The position numbers and the translations under genes were made by a program. The notes under the pieces are model-generated. The model was given only the letters and a program-made list of their open reading frames with translations, made no database searches and had not been told where the DNA came from. Below are positions 53,135-63,002 of a stretch of 64,000 nucleotides of DNA, piece after piece. How positions within the stretch are numbered: the first letter of the stretch is position 1; each line of letters begins with the position of its first letter. Origin of the DNA: an uncultured Acidobacteriota bacterium (lineage in GTDB: Bacteria; Acidobacteriota; Vicinamibacteria; Vicinamibacterales; CAVVIG01); contig CAVRVT010000001.1 in assembly GCA_963724725.1 (NCBI GenBank), forward strand, positions 19,945 to 83,944. Reading direction: 5' to 3'.

Positions 53135-54392
53135 CGGTACTCCAGTCGTCGGGAGTGTCGTCCGGGTCGAGCGGCTCCTGCGCCGGCCGGATGTCGGCCG
53201 GCACGTGCTGCAGGTTCAGCCGAATCCGCGTCCATGTGCGGAACCGGCCGCGCATCGAATCGACGAGCACGTCTTCAGGTGCCAGGTGCGCCGACGCGTC
53301 CGGGTGGCGGGCCCGCCAGCGCTCCAGTCCTGCGAGCGCGTCTGCCTTGTGCCGTGCGCGAGCGATTTCGATCATCGGGTGCTTCGGCACGCGCCGTTTC
53401 GACGGCTGAACGCGATCCGGTTCACCCGGTTGCTTGCGGTAGTGCGGCGGCCACGGCGCGTCGCCCAATCCTTCGCGTTCGTGCCGCGCCGAGAGATCGA
53501 GCAGCGCGTCGAGCGTTCCGGCGTGGCGATCCATTCCCGCGTGGCGGTCGCCGACGTCGGCAAACCGTAACGGCATCGTCACGAGCGTGAAGTCACGAGG
53601 GTCGCACAAGTCGATCTCGTCCCACGTCACTGGCGCCGATACGCGTGCGTCCGGCGTGGGCCTGACCGAATACGCGCTGGCGATCGTACGGTCCTTGGCG
53701 TTCTGGTTGTAATCGAGGAACACGCCCTGGCGTTCCTCTTTCCACCATTTGCTCGTCGCCAAGCCAGGTGCACGACGCTCGACCTCCCGCGCGAACGCCA
53801 GCGCCGCGCGCCGGACCTCGCCGAACGTCCATCGTGGTTCGATCCGCACGTAGACGTGAATGCCGCGCGACCCTGACGTCTTGGGCCAGCCGACCAGTCC
53901 GAAATCGACGAGCGTCTCGTGCACCAGCCGCGCCACCTGGCGCAGCTGCTCCCACGTGACGCCCGGAACCGGATCGAGATCGACGCGCAGCTCGTCGGGA
54001 TGATCCAGATCGCTCGCGCGGATCGCGTGAGGGTGCAGTTCGAGGCACGCCAGGTTGGCCATCCAGACGAGCGTCGCCGCGTCGCGCGGCACGACTTCTT
54101 CGGCGCTCCGGCCGGACGGGAACTTCAGTCCAACGACTTCCACCCAGTCGGGCCGGGACGCCGGCGCACGCTTCTGGTAGAAGAACTCGCCATGAATGCC
54201 GTCGGGATACCGCACCAGGACGTTCGGACGTCCGCCCGCACCCTGGAGCGCACCGTCCGCGACCGCGATGAAGTACTTCGCGAGGTCCAGCTTGGTATGG
54301 CCGGCGTCAGGAAAGAGAACCTTGCGCGGATTCGAAATCGCGATTTCGCGCCCGGCGACGGTCAGCAGCTCGGGTTCGACTCGATCGGCCAT
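53079..54392 (-). CDS. LigD polymerase/primase-domain protein (NHEJ) with C-terminal extension
   Basis: ISNPRKVLFPDAGHTKLDLAKYF...LVRYPDGI..EFFYQKRAP...SGSRGIHVYV...FLDYNQNA. Confidence 0.9.
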   Translation of the reverse strand: MADRVEPELLTVAGREIAISNPRKVLFPDAGHTKLDLAKYFIAVADGALQGAGGRPNVLVRYPDGIHGEFFYQKRAPASRPDWVEVVGLKFPSGRSAEEVVPRDAATLVWMANLACLELHPHAIRASDLDHPDELRVDLDPVPGVTWEQLRQVARLVHETLVDFGLVGWPKTSGSRGIHVYVRIEPRWTFGEVRRAALAFAREVERRAPGLATSKWWKEERQGVFLDYNQNAKDRTIASAYSVRPTPDARVSAPVTWDEIDLCDPRDFTLVTMPLRFADVGDRHAGMDRHAGTLDALLDLSARHEREGLGDAPWPPHYRKQPGEPDRVQPSKRRVPKHPMIEIARARHKADALAGLERWRARHPDASAHLAPEDVLVDSMRGRFRTWTRIRLNLQHVPADIRPAQEPLDPDDTPDDWSTAIQRGEWPRRPSRARKAP

Positions 54393-54472
54393 CGGCGGGC
54401 CCGATCATCGCGTACGTCGCGGACATCGCGTAGGAGGCCCGACTGGAGCGATACTGCGCAGGTTCTCCACCC

Positions 54473-56887
54473 ATGAAGCTTCCCGTTGCCCTGCGATCGC
54501 TCGTGGCGCGGCCCCTGCTGCCCGCAGTCGCCGTCGTCACGCTGGCGCTGGGCCTCGGCGTCAACTCGGCCATCTTCAGCCTGACACGGGAAGTGCTGCT
54601 CAAGCCGCTGCCGTACCGCGACGTGGACCGGCTGGTTCGGATCACCGAATCGAGCTTCACGCTCGGTCGAACGGGTGCGGCCGTCGCCCCGGTCAACTAT
54701 GCCGCCTGGCGCGATGGAGCTGACGCATTCGAGCAGACCGCGGCGTTCCGCCGCGTGCAGTTCAATGCCGCAACGAATCGCATCGCCCTTCAGGTCGAAG
54801 GGTTCCTCGTTGCACCCGGCTTCTTTGCGATGCTCGGCGTCGAACCAGCCCTCGGCCGTCAGTTCACCGCCGGGGACGCGATGCCCGGTGGAGACTCGGT
54901 GGTCCTGCTGACCGACGGTTTTCGCAGACGACTGTTCGGTGACGAGTCGCAAGTCGTGGGACGAATTCTCGAGGTGGACGGGACGCCGTGCACGATCGTC
55001 GGAATCCTTCCGTCGACGTTCCGCATCTATCGCGTCCTCAATCGTGAGCTGGATCTGTTCCGGCCGCTCGTGCTGGATCAGACGGATCGCGAGCAATCGC
55101 TGAACGTCTATGCGAAATTGACAGCCGGCACTTCGATCGAGCGCGCGCACAGCCAGCTGGCCACTCTGTACGCAAACCTGCCCGGAACGAACCATCTCTG
55201 GTCGGCCGACGTCATGTCGCTCTCGACGGCTTTCGCCGCGAACGCCCGGCCGATTCTCCTGGTACTGGAATGGGCCGCCGCGCTCGTGCTGCTCATCGCG
55301 TGCGCAAACGTCGCCAATCTGCTGCTCGCGATTGCCGCCACGCGGCGAAAGGAATTTGCCGTGCGCCATGCGCTGGGCGCGAGCCGATGGCGCGTGGCGC
55401 GCGACCTGGCCGGAGAATCAGTGTTGCTCGCGGTCGCGGGGGGATTGCTCGCGCTGCTGCTCGCGTCGTGGGTCGTCGACATCCTCAACAGCGTCGTCAC
55501 CTTTCAGGATGTGAATCGCCTCCAGCCGTTTCGCGTGGACGGCTGGGTGCTGGTGTTCACCGGCGGGCTGACACTGGCCGTTGCCCTTGCCTTCACGCTG
55601 CTGCCGGCGGGAATCGCCCAGAACGTCGACGTGGCGACGACCCTCAAGGAATCCGCGCAAAACCTCACGGCCGGGGTATCCAACCGCCGGCTGCGAAATG
55701 CCCTCATCGTCGGCGAGCTGGCGCTTTCGATTGTGCTGGCCACGTCGGCGCTCGCGCTCACGAGGAGCGCGCTCGCCCTCCAGGCGCTCCCGCGCGGCAT
55801 ACGGACGGAGCGGATCACAACCGCGCAGGTCTCGCTGAACGGACCTCGCTACGCGGAGAGCGACCGACTGGTTCGCGCCGCCTCGCGGATGCTGGAAGGG
55901 CTCAGAACCTCGGCCGGCGTCGAATCCGCCGCGCTCGTCAACTACCCGCCTCTTGCGTTGATCCGTGTCGGCGTGCCCGTGTCGATCGAAGGCGACCAAC
56001 CCGCCGGGCCAGACCACCGACCCGTGGCGCGCTATTGGGTCGCGGCGCCCGGATATTTCGACACCGTCGGGATTCCCATTCTGGCCGGCCGGGACTTTTC
56101 GAGGGATGACGATGCGACACGAGGCGGCGTGGCGATCGTCAGCGTGACGTTCGCGCGCCGATTCTGGAACACCGCTGACGTCGTGGGCCGGCGGGTGCGT
56201 GCGGAATTTCCGGAAAGCAACGCATTCTGGATTCCCCGCGGCAGCCACGACTGGCTGACGATTGTCGGCGTCGTCGCCGACGTACGTGAAGACGGCCTGC
56301 CAGACTCCGCTGGCTTCCCCCAGCTGTATCTGACCTACGCGCAGAATCCCACGGTCGTCGTCACGCTCATGGCGCGTGACCACGCCGGCTCGCATGACGC
56401 GGCCGCGCAGGCACTACGCGATGTCGTGCGGAGCGTGGACCCGCAGGCCCCGGTCAGCTACGAGATGCGCATGGACGACGTCGTGAACGAAACGTTCGCG
56501 CGTCCGAGGGAGATGGCGTGGATCATCGGAGCGTTCGCGGCACTGGCGCTCGTGCTCTCGGCCATCGGCGTATACGGCCTGATGGCGTTTCTCACAGCGA
56601 TGCGGACGCACGAGATCGGTGTGCGCGTCGCGCTCGGTGCGGCACCGTTCGACATCGTTCGCCTCGTCGTCGGGTACGCGCTCAAGCTGACGGGAATCGG
56701 TGTCGCCATCGGGGCTGCGCTGTCGCCGATTGCGTTACGGCTGACAGCCGGCCTGCTGTTCGGGGTCGGGGTCGTCGATCCTGGAACGCTGCTCGTGGTC
56801 GCGGCGCTGCTTGGAGGCGTTTCGATTGGCGCGGCTGCCGTCCCGGCCATTCGCGCCGCTCGGTTGGCATCGGTCTCGTTGCATTGA
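54473..56887 (+). CDS. ADOP-type ABC permease (MacB-like domain plus FtsX), orphan
   Basis: LALGLGVNSAIFSLTREVLLKPLPY and two FtsX blocks (CANVANLLLA...; HEIGVRVALGA). Confidence 0.9.
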   Translation: MKLPVALRSLVARPLLPAVAVVTLALGLGVNSAIFSLTREVLLKPLPYRDVDRLVRITESSFTLGRTGAAVAPVNYAAWRDGADAFEQTAAFRRVQFNAATNRIALQVEGFLVAPGFFAMLGVEPALGRQFTAGDAMPGGDSVVLLTDGFRRRLFGDESQVVGRILEVDGTPCTIVGILPSTFRIYRVLNRELDLFRPLVLDQTDREQSLNVYAKLTAGTSIERAHSQLATLYANLPGTNHLWSADVMSLSTAFAANARPILLVLEWAAALVLLIACANVANLLLAIAATRRKEFAVRHALGASRWRVARDLAGESVLLAVAGGLLALLLASWVVDILNSVVTFQDVNRLQPFRVDGWVLVFTGGLTLAVALAFTLLPAGIAQNVDVATTLKESAQNLTAGVSNRRLRNALIVGELALSIVLATSALALTRSALALQALPRGIRTERITTAQVSLNGPRYAESDRLVRAASRMLEGLRTSAGVESAALVNYPPLALIRVGVPVSIEGDQPAGPDHRPVARYWVAAPGYFDTVGIPILAGRDFSRDDDATRGGVAIVSVTFARRFWNTADVVGRRVRAEFPESNAFWIPRGSHDWLTIVGVVADVREDGLPDSAGFPQLYLTYAQNPTVVVTLMARDHAGSHDAAAQALRDVVRSVDPQAPVSYEMRMDDVVNETFARPREMAWIIGAFAALALVLSAIGVYGLMAFLTAMRTHEIGVRVALGAAPFDIVRLVVGYALKLTGIGVAIGAALSPIALRLTAGLLFGVGVVDPGTLLVVAALLGGVSIGAAAVPAIRAARLASVSLH

Positions 56888-56901
56888 ATAAAGGTCAGGC
56901 C

Positions 56902-56950
56902 TTGACATTCTGTCTCGTTGGGAATTATTCTCCCCTTCAGCTAATTAGCT
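56902..56950 (+). promoter_or_regulatory. candidate promoter plus 12-bp perfect palindrome (possible ArsR operator)
   Basis: TTGACA (56902-56907), ~18 nt, then TATTCT. AGCTAATTAGCT (56939-56950) ends 2 nt before the arsR-like ATG. Confidence 0.35.
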
Positions 56951-56952
56951 AT

Positions 56953-57321
56953 ATGGAAGAATACAGTCAAGATTCGAATAGCGACCGACTTAGCTGGACT
57001 TTTGCCGCGCTTGCCGACCCCACTCGACGGGCCATTCTCGCCCGGCTGGCCCAGGGAGAGGCGACCGTCAATCAGCTGGCCGAGCCCTTTCATCTGAAGC
57101 TGCCTACCGTCTCGAAGCACCTCAAGGTCCTGCAGCGCGCGGGCCTCATCACCCAGGCCCGCAAGGCGCAGTGGCGGCCCTGCCGCCTCGAGACCGCTCG
57201 ACTGAAAGAAGTGGCGGACTGGGTGGATCACTATCGCCGTATTTGGGACGACCGCTTCAATCAACTCGACGACTACCTCATCGAACTTCAGCAAGAGGAG
57301 AAGGACCGTGACGACAAGTGA
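56953..57321 (+). CDS. ArsR/SmtB-family transcriptional regulator
   Basis: FAALADPTRRAILARLAQGEATVNQLAEPF.LKLPTVSKHLKVLQRAGLI. Confidence 0.9.
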   Translation: MEEYSQDSNSDRLSWTFAALADPTRRAILARLAQGEATVNQLAEPFHLKLPTVSKHLKVLQRAGLITQARKAQWRPCRLETARLKEVADWVDHYRRIWDDRFNQLDDYLIELQQEEKDRDDK

Positions 57322-57820
57322 CAGCGCGAACCACACGACGAGGCGCGTGGGCAAGTTGATGCTCACGGTCAAGTCCGAGCTCGAGGTTGAAATCACGCGG
57401 GTCTTCGACGCCCCGCGGCGGCTCGTCTTCGAAGTTCACAGCAAGCCGGAGCACATGAAGCGCTGGTGGGGACCGCGCGGCACCACCATGGTCGGCTGCG
57501 AGATGGACTTCCGCCCCGGCGGGCGATACCGGTTCGTGCTTCGCAAGGAGAAGGGCCAGGAGTACGCATTCCGGGGCGAATACCGCGAAATCGTGCCTCC
57601 CGAGCGGCTCGTCCAGACGTTTGAGTTCGAGGGATTGCCCGGCTCCGTTTCTGTCGAGACCCATGCTTTCACTGAGCGCGACGGCAAGACCACGCTGACG
57701 ACGACCAGCAGAATGGATTCCATCGAGGCGCGGGACGCCATGCTGAAGTCCGGGATGGAGGCTGGCGCGGCCGAGACGTACGACCGCCTCGAGGAGCTTC
57801 TGGCCGTTCTCAACAAATAA
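57308..57820 (+). CDS. SRPBCC/AHSA1 (Aha1-like) domain protein
   Basis: ITRVFDAPRRLVFEVHSKPEHMKRWWGPRG...YREIVPPERLV. Overlaps the arsR end by 14 nt. Confidence 0.85.
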   Translation: MTTSDSANHTTRRVGKLMLTVKSELEVEITRVFDAPRRLVFEVHSKPEHMKRWWGPRGTTMVGCEMDFRPGGRYRFVLRKEKGQEYAFRGEYREIVPPERLVQTFEFEGLPGSVSVETHAFTERDGKTTLTTTSRMDSIEARDAMLKSGMEAGAAETYDRLEELLAVLNK

Positions 57821-57928
57821 GCTGGAGCGTTCGGGGCCCGGGCGGGTAATCTTTCAGTTTCCGCAGGGGACCATGTCGATTTTCGGGGACTCTGATCGAC
57901 TACTAGCCAGAGGGGGACGAGTGTGGCG

Positions 57929-60370
57929 ATGAATCTCCTGGCCGATTTGCGTTTCGCGTGGCGGTCCCTGATGCGGGTCAAGGGCCTGACATTCACGGTC
58001 GTCCTGACGCTGGCGCTTGGCATCGGCGCCAACGCCGCCATTTTCAGCGTCGTCCGCGGCGTGCTGCTGAAGCCGCTCGTCAACAGGGATCAGGACCGGT
58101 TGATCTACATCCGGCAGAGCGCCAAGGGCATCGGCGTCGACAACGTTCACTTTTCGGTCCCCGAACTGAAAGATCTTCAGACGCGCGTCAAGTCACTCAG
58201 CGCGTTCGGCGACTTCTCCACCATCGAGTTCACGATGCTGGGCCTCGGCGAACCGCGGACCGTCCGGGCGGGCGTCGTCGGGGGATCGTACTTCGACGTC
58301 ATGGGTCTGCGTCCCGTGCGCGGCCGCCTGCTCAACGCGGGCGACGATGGACCCAAGGCAGAGGGCGCGGCGGTGCTCACCTACCGCTTCTGGACGACAG
58401 CATTCAAAAGCGACCCGACCGTGATCGGTAAGAGCATCCGGCTGAGCGACCGTCCCGCCACCGTGGTCGGCGTTCTCGAGCCATCGGTGCCGTATCCACA
58501 GGAAACGGAAATCATCGCGAACGTCGTCACCAGCCCGCATCACCTCGACGCGACGATGATCGAAGGGCGCGTGCACCGGATGACGGAGCTCTTCGGCAAG
58601 CTGGCGCCCGGAGCGAATCTCGACGCGGCGCGCGCCGAACTTCGCGCGGTTCATGGCGCCGTCCTGAAGGAGCATCCGGAGGCGTACCAGGCGCAGGCGG
58701 ATTTCCGCATCGACGCGGTAAACCTGCGCGACCAGATCATCTCGCCTGCGCGGACGATCCTGCTCGTGCTGCTGGCCGCGTCCGCGCTGGTGTTCATCGT
58801 CGCGTGCTCGAACGTCGCGAACCTGATTCTCGCCAGGTCCGTCCGTCGCGAAGGCGAGCTCGCAATCCGCGCGGCGCTGGGCGCCGGCATCGGCGCGTTG
58901 CGACGGACGCTCCTGGCCGAGAGTCTGCTGCTCTGCGGCGCGGGTGCGGTGCTCGCGATCCTCATCGCGCGGCCGATGGTCGCCGTGCTGGCGCGATACG
59001 CCGCCCGCTTCTCGGTGCGGGCGCAGGACCTCGCCGTCGATTCGAGCCTGCTCTGGGTCGGCGTCGTGCTGGCGCTGGCCGCCGCCGTCCTGCTGGCCTT
59101 CGTGCCCCGCCTTCCGTCCGCGGAATCGGCGAGCGGGCTCGGACTGTCGAGCGGCAACGTGCGAATCACGACGGGCACGAACCGCCGGCTCCGCGTGTTC
59201 GCGGTGACGCAAATCGCGGCGTCCTTCGTGCTCCTCGCCGGCGCCGGCATGCTGGTGACCACGCTCGTCGCGCTCCAGCGGCAGCAGACCGGATTCAGGG
59301 GCAACGTGCTCGCCGTCAACGTACCCGTCGTGTCGTACACGCGAAAGCCGGAGCAGATCGCCAGTTTCTATCGAGAAGCGATCCGCCGCATCGCGGCGCT
59401 GCCGGGCGTCGAACAGGTGGCGCTCGGGACGATCGTGCCGTGGCGTGACCAGGGATTCTTCGCGGCGCAGTTCATGGCGGAAGGCTATCGCAAGGCCAAT
59501 GGCGAGGACGACCCGCGGGCGCAATTCCGCACCGTCTCGCCCGGGTTCTTTTCCGCCCTCGGGACGCGTGTCATCGCGGGTCGAGATTTCAACGAGGCCG
59601 ACCGGCGTGACGCCGAGCGCGTCGTCATCGTCAGCCAGAGCCTCGCGCAGCGGATGTTTCCCAATATGGACGCGGTCAACCGCCGCCTGATGTGGACCGA
59701 TCCCGTGACGAAGTTCATCGGCGTCAGCACCGAACCGCGACGGATCGTCGGCGTGGTTCCCGATCTGGACGATGAGAACCTCGTGCCGGTGCCGACGATG
59801 ACGGTGTTTCACCCGATGGAGCAGGAGATCGGCGGCGGGCGCCTGTTCATCCACGCGAAAGTGGATCCGTACTCGCTCGTGCCGTCGATCACGAAGATCG
59901 TTCGCGACCTCGCGTCGGACCAGCCGGTCGAACGGCCGGCGACGCTCGACGATGTGCGGGCCGAGGTGCTCGCGCCCAACCGGATCAACGCGCTCGTGTT
60001 CAGCGGATTTGCCGGTGTCGCGCTGGCGATCGCGGTCGTCGGCGTGGCAGGGGTTCTGGCGTTCTCGGTCAGCGCCCGGACGCGAGAATTCGGCGTTCGT
60101 CTGGCCATTGGATCGACGCCGTCGGCGCTCCTTGCGCGCGTTCTCAAGGAGGGTGCCGCGATCGGCGTCAGCGGAATCGTCGCGGGCGTGGTCCTCGGCT
60201 TCGCGCTCGCGCGCGTCGTCAGCAGCTACATCACGGAGGTCGAGATCCCTGGAGCCGTGCCGATCGCCGCCGCTGCGGCGGTGCTGGTCGCGGCCGCGGT
60301 GATCGCGTCGTTCGTCCCGGCGGCGCGGGCGTCACGTGTCGATGTCATCAGCGCGCTCAGGGCTGAGTAA
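57929..60370 (+). CDS. ADOP-type ABC permease (MacB-like domain plus FtsX), orphan
   Basis: MNLLADLRFAWRSLMRVKGLTFTVVLTLALGIGANAAIFSVVRGVLLKPL plus two FtsX blocks. GTG 57923 is an alternative start. Confidence 0.9.
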   Translation: MNLLADLRFAWRSLMRVKGLTFTVVLTLALGIGANAAIFSVVRGVLLKPLVNRDQDRLIYIRQSAKGIGVDNVHFSVPELKDLQTRVKSLSAFGDFSTIEFTMLGLGEPRTVRAGVVGGSYFDVMGLRPVRGRLLNAGDDGPKAEGAAVLTYRFWTTAFKSDPTVIGKSIRLSDRPATVVGVLEPSVPYPQETEIIANVVTSPHHLDATMIEGRVHRMTELFGKLAPGANLDAARAELRAVHGAVLKEHPEAYQAQADFRIDAVNLRDQIISPARTILLVLLAASALVFIVACSNVANLILARSVRREGELAIRAALGAGIGALRRTLLAESLLLCGAGAVLAILIARPMVAVLARYAARFSVRAQDLAVDSSLLWVGVVLALAAAVLLAFVPRLPSAESASGLGLSSGNVRITTGTNRRLRVFAVTQIAASFVLLAGAGMLVTTLVALQRQQTGFRGNVLAVNVPVVSYTRKPEQIASFYREAIRRIAALPGVEQVALGTIVPWRDQGFFAAQFMAEGYRKANGEDDPRAQFRTVSPGFFSALGTRVIAGRDFNEADRRDAERVVIVSQSLAQRMFPNMDAVNRRLMWTDPVTKFIGVSTEPRRIVGVVPDLDDENLVPVPTMTVFHPMEQEIGGGRLFIHAKVDPYSLVPSITKIVRDLASDQPVERPATLDDVRAEVLAPNRINALVFSGFAGVALAIAVVGVAGVLAFSVSARTREFGVRLAIGSTPSALLARVLKEGAAIGVSGIVAGVVLGFALARVVSSYITEVEIPGAVPIAAAAAVLVAAAVIASFVPAARASRVDVISALRAE

Positions 60371-60642
60371 TCGCGCCGTGAGGGTCGGGAGCGTCTTGTT
60401 TTCGACGAGACTGCGACCGATTTCGCCTCTACGCTCAGGTGAGCTCTCGATGCACGCGGGCTCCCGCTGCGCGAACGCTGTTCCGGTCGTGACGACGCAG
60501 CAAACCAGCGACGTCATGCAATGGCCATCGTCCCCTACGCCGTGTCGACGAGCGCCGGCAACACGCGGTACTGCGCGCGCGAGAAATCAAGTCAATGGTC
60601 GTGGCTCACTTTGCTTTTCGACTGTGGCGACACGTCGATGCC

Positions 60643-61557
60643 TTATCGCGTCGTCGTGCGCTCCGGCTTGACCGTCACGGCGACGTGGACGTTGGTCCAG
60701 CAGCACTGGAAGCCGCCGCCGCCATCGCCAGTCGAATCGTTGGCCTGCAGCCTGAGGATGTACTCGCCGGGTGCGCTGAACGTCGCTGCCGCGGTCGTCT
60801 TTCCTTCCTCCTCGATCGCAGGTTTCGGACTATCGAAAGTGACGGCAGCCGGTCCTCGATGCAGCGACCAGCTGACAGCGAGACGCGGCGGTGTGGGAAA
60901 TGCCGGCGCTGAAGATCCCCGAGCGCGACGGCTGGGTGAAGGGGTCTCGGGCACATTGATCTTGGGACCCTCGTCCGTCGCCCACGCCACGAGCGGCATT
61001 TTCTCCCCGACCGTCACGGTGTAGCTCGCTGCAATGCCTGCGGGCGGGCCCGAGAACGACTGCCCGCCGCGCGCGAACGCGAGGACCGGTGGCGTGTTCT
61101 TGTTCGCCGGATCCTCGTACGGCTGGACGATCCAGTCGGGGCGCGTATGCATCGTGATCGTGTTGGTCTGGCCGTTCGCGACGATCGTCCAGCTCAGCTC
61201 TTTGGCGCCGAAGTCCTTCGGCACCTTGATCGCGAACACTCCCCACTGACGACCCGCGAGAAAGCGCGTCGGTTGCCCGAGATCCGGGCCGCCGGGCTCG
61301 ATGCGGTTGTTCGGACCGACTGGAACATCGAGCTCCTGCTTCGTGTTGCGGTTGAAGTAGCCGAGCAGAAGGCTCTGGCTACCATCCTCGTTGTAGAACC
61401 AGCCTTCGAATGCACCCGTTACGCTCGAACCGCGTTCGCGGATTGCGTTCGAAAGCGGCCATGGCGCGGGCGTCATGCCCTGACCCTGTTGCCCTGCGAT
61501 GAGCGTCGCGCCACTGGCCAGCATGGCCGCGACGAGTGCGTATTGAAGTCTTCGCAT
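60643..61557 (-). CDS. hypothetical secreted protein
   Basis: Start MRRLQYALVAAMLASGATLIAG (61557). 304 aa. Follows the cytochrome gene after 2 nt. The longer track ORF is an artefact. Confidence 0.7.
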   Translation of the reverse strand: MRRLQYALVAAMLASGATLIAGQQGQGMTPAPWPLSNAIRERGSSVTGAFEGWFYNEDGSQSLLLGYFNRNTKQELDVPVGPNNRIEPGGPDLGQPTRFLAGRQWGVFAIKVPKDFGAKELSWTIVANGQTNTITMHTRPDWIVQPYEDPANKNTPPVLAFARGGQSFSGPPAGIAASYTVTVGEKMPLVAWATDEGPKINVPETPSPSRRARGSSAPAFPTPPRLAVSWSLHRGPAAVTFDSPKPAIEEEGKTTAAATFSAPGEYILRLQANDSTGDGGGGFQCCWTNVHVAVTVKPERTTTR

Positions 61558-61559
61558 TG

Positions 61560-62897
61560 CTATTCCTGCCGATCCGTCGTGGTCGTTTTCAACGCCGCGC
61601 GCCTGTCGACCTCGGCGCCGAACTCTTCGTCGCTGTAGTAAGTGATGTTCAGCCACGCATGGCCCATCTCGTCGACCGTGCGGTCGCCCCAGCCCACCCA
61701 CTGGTTCGGATCGGGGTTCGCCTTGTTGTTCGACGTGTTGTCGTACCAGGTCAGGAAGTGGAGGATCGTCCCCTTCGGGAGAAGGGGCGCGGCTTCGTCT
61801 GCGTAGATGTACATGTTGTGCCAGTTGAAGTTGAAGTCGCTGATTTGGCTCAGCATCTCGCGGCGTCCGTCCGCGTAGATCGCTTCCATCGACATCCCCT
61901 TGCCCCGAAGGTGCAGATGCGCCTGGAAATTTTCGATCCGTGCGTTCTGTTTCAGCGGCACGAAGCTCTCCGTCGTCGTCACCTGGTTCGGCGGGATGTC
62001 GAGCGAGCGGTTGCTGCCCGTGAACGTGTTGAAGAGCGCGAGGACCTCTCGGTGCTTCGGTTCCTGGCCTTTCGGATAGAACCAGATGCCCAGCTCGACG
62101 CTGTCGCGGACTTCCTCGCCGACGGCGTGATAGTGAATGTCCCACGCGATCTTCGAACCGGGCAGCATCAGGCGGCCGGAGTCGGGGCGCATCTCGTCGG
62201 CGTTCTTCCCGACGGCCCATTCCATGAACAGCCCGTCGCCGGCAACGTCCGGATCATTGGTGAAGAGCTCGCGCGGGAGATCCTCGTCCTGCTGCAGACG
62301 TGCCAGCGCGTGGTGCGTGATCTTGCGCCCCCGCGTTGTCGACGGGCGGATCTCGATCGCGCGCACCCACCGCGGTTCGGTCAGGCCCGTTGAAACGATC
62401 GGCTTCCACCACGCGTCCTGCGCGACGGCGGGCATGGTGTACGGCGTCGAGGCGATCACGAGGTCCGGCGGCCCGAATCTGGCGGCTTGCTGCCATTTCG
62501 AGTCGTCGGACCATCGTGCCGGCGGCGGAAGATCCTTCGGATCTCCCTTGGGCGCCCCGGCGGCCACCCATTTCACGATCGCGTCGATTTGATCGTCCGA
62601 TAGCGATCGATCGTTCTTGAATCTCTGGATGCCGACGGTCTTGTCGATGTGCCACGGCGGCATCTGACGTCCGCTGATGCGGGCCGCAATCGATCGGACC
62701 CACGGCCGGACTTCCTCGTAGGTGACGAGCGACATCGGCGCCATCTGACCGGCACGATGGCAGGATTCACATTTCACCTGAAAGATCGGCGCGATGTCTT
62801 TGGTGAAGGTTGGAGCCTTCGATGCCGTCTGCGCCGAAGCGGCCGAGAACGGCAACAGGATGGAGCCGAGGATGATGAAGTATCGTGCCCGCGCCAT
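61560..62897 (-). CDS. secreted cytochrome c-domain protein (PSCyt-like N-terminus) with large beta-rich C-terminal domain
   Basis: Signal peptide. FTKDIAPIFQVKCESCHRAGQMAPMSL (CxxCH). 445 aa. Confidence 0.8.
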   Translation of the reverse strand: MARARYFIILGSILLPFSAASAQTASKAPTFTKDIAPIFQVKCESCHRAGQMAPMSLVTYEEVRPWVRSIAARISGRQMPPWHIDKTVGIQRFKNDRSLSDDQIDAIVKWVAAGAPKGDPKDLPPPARWSDDSKWQQAARFGPPDLVIASTPYTMPAVAQDAWWKPIVSTGLTEPRWVRAIEIRPSTTRGRKITHHALARLQQDEDLPRELFTNDPDVAGDGLFMEWAVGKNADEMRPDSGRLMLPGSKIAWDIHYHAVGEEVRDSVELGIWFYPKGQEPKHREVLALFNTFTGSNRSLDIPPNQVTTTESFVPLKQNARIENFQAHLHLRGKGMSMEAIYADGRREMLSQISDFNFNWHNMYIYADEAAPLLPKGTILHFLTWYDNTSNNKANPDPNQWVGWGDRTVDEMGHAWLNITYYSDEEFGAEVDRRAALKTTTTDRQE

Positions 62898-63002
62898 CGT
62901 TCCCTCCTTGGGAGGTCAGATCGGATCGCCGGCCTCAACGCAAACGCGGTGCCGCAACATTCACTTGCAGGTGGCGCGAAAGATGCGAGAAGGGTGAAAG
63001 AC

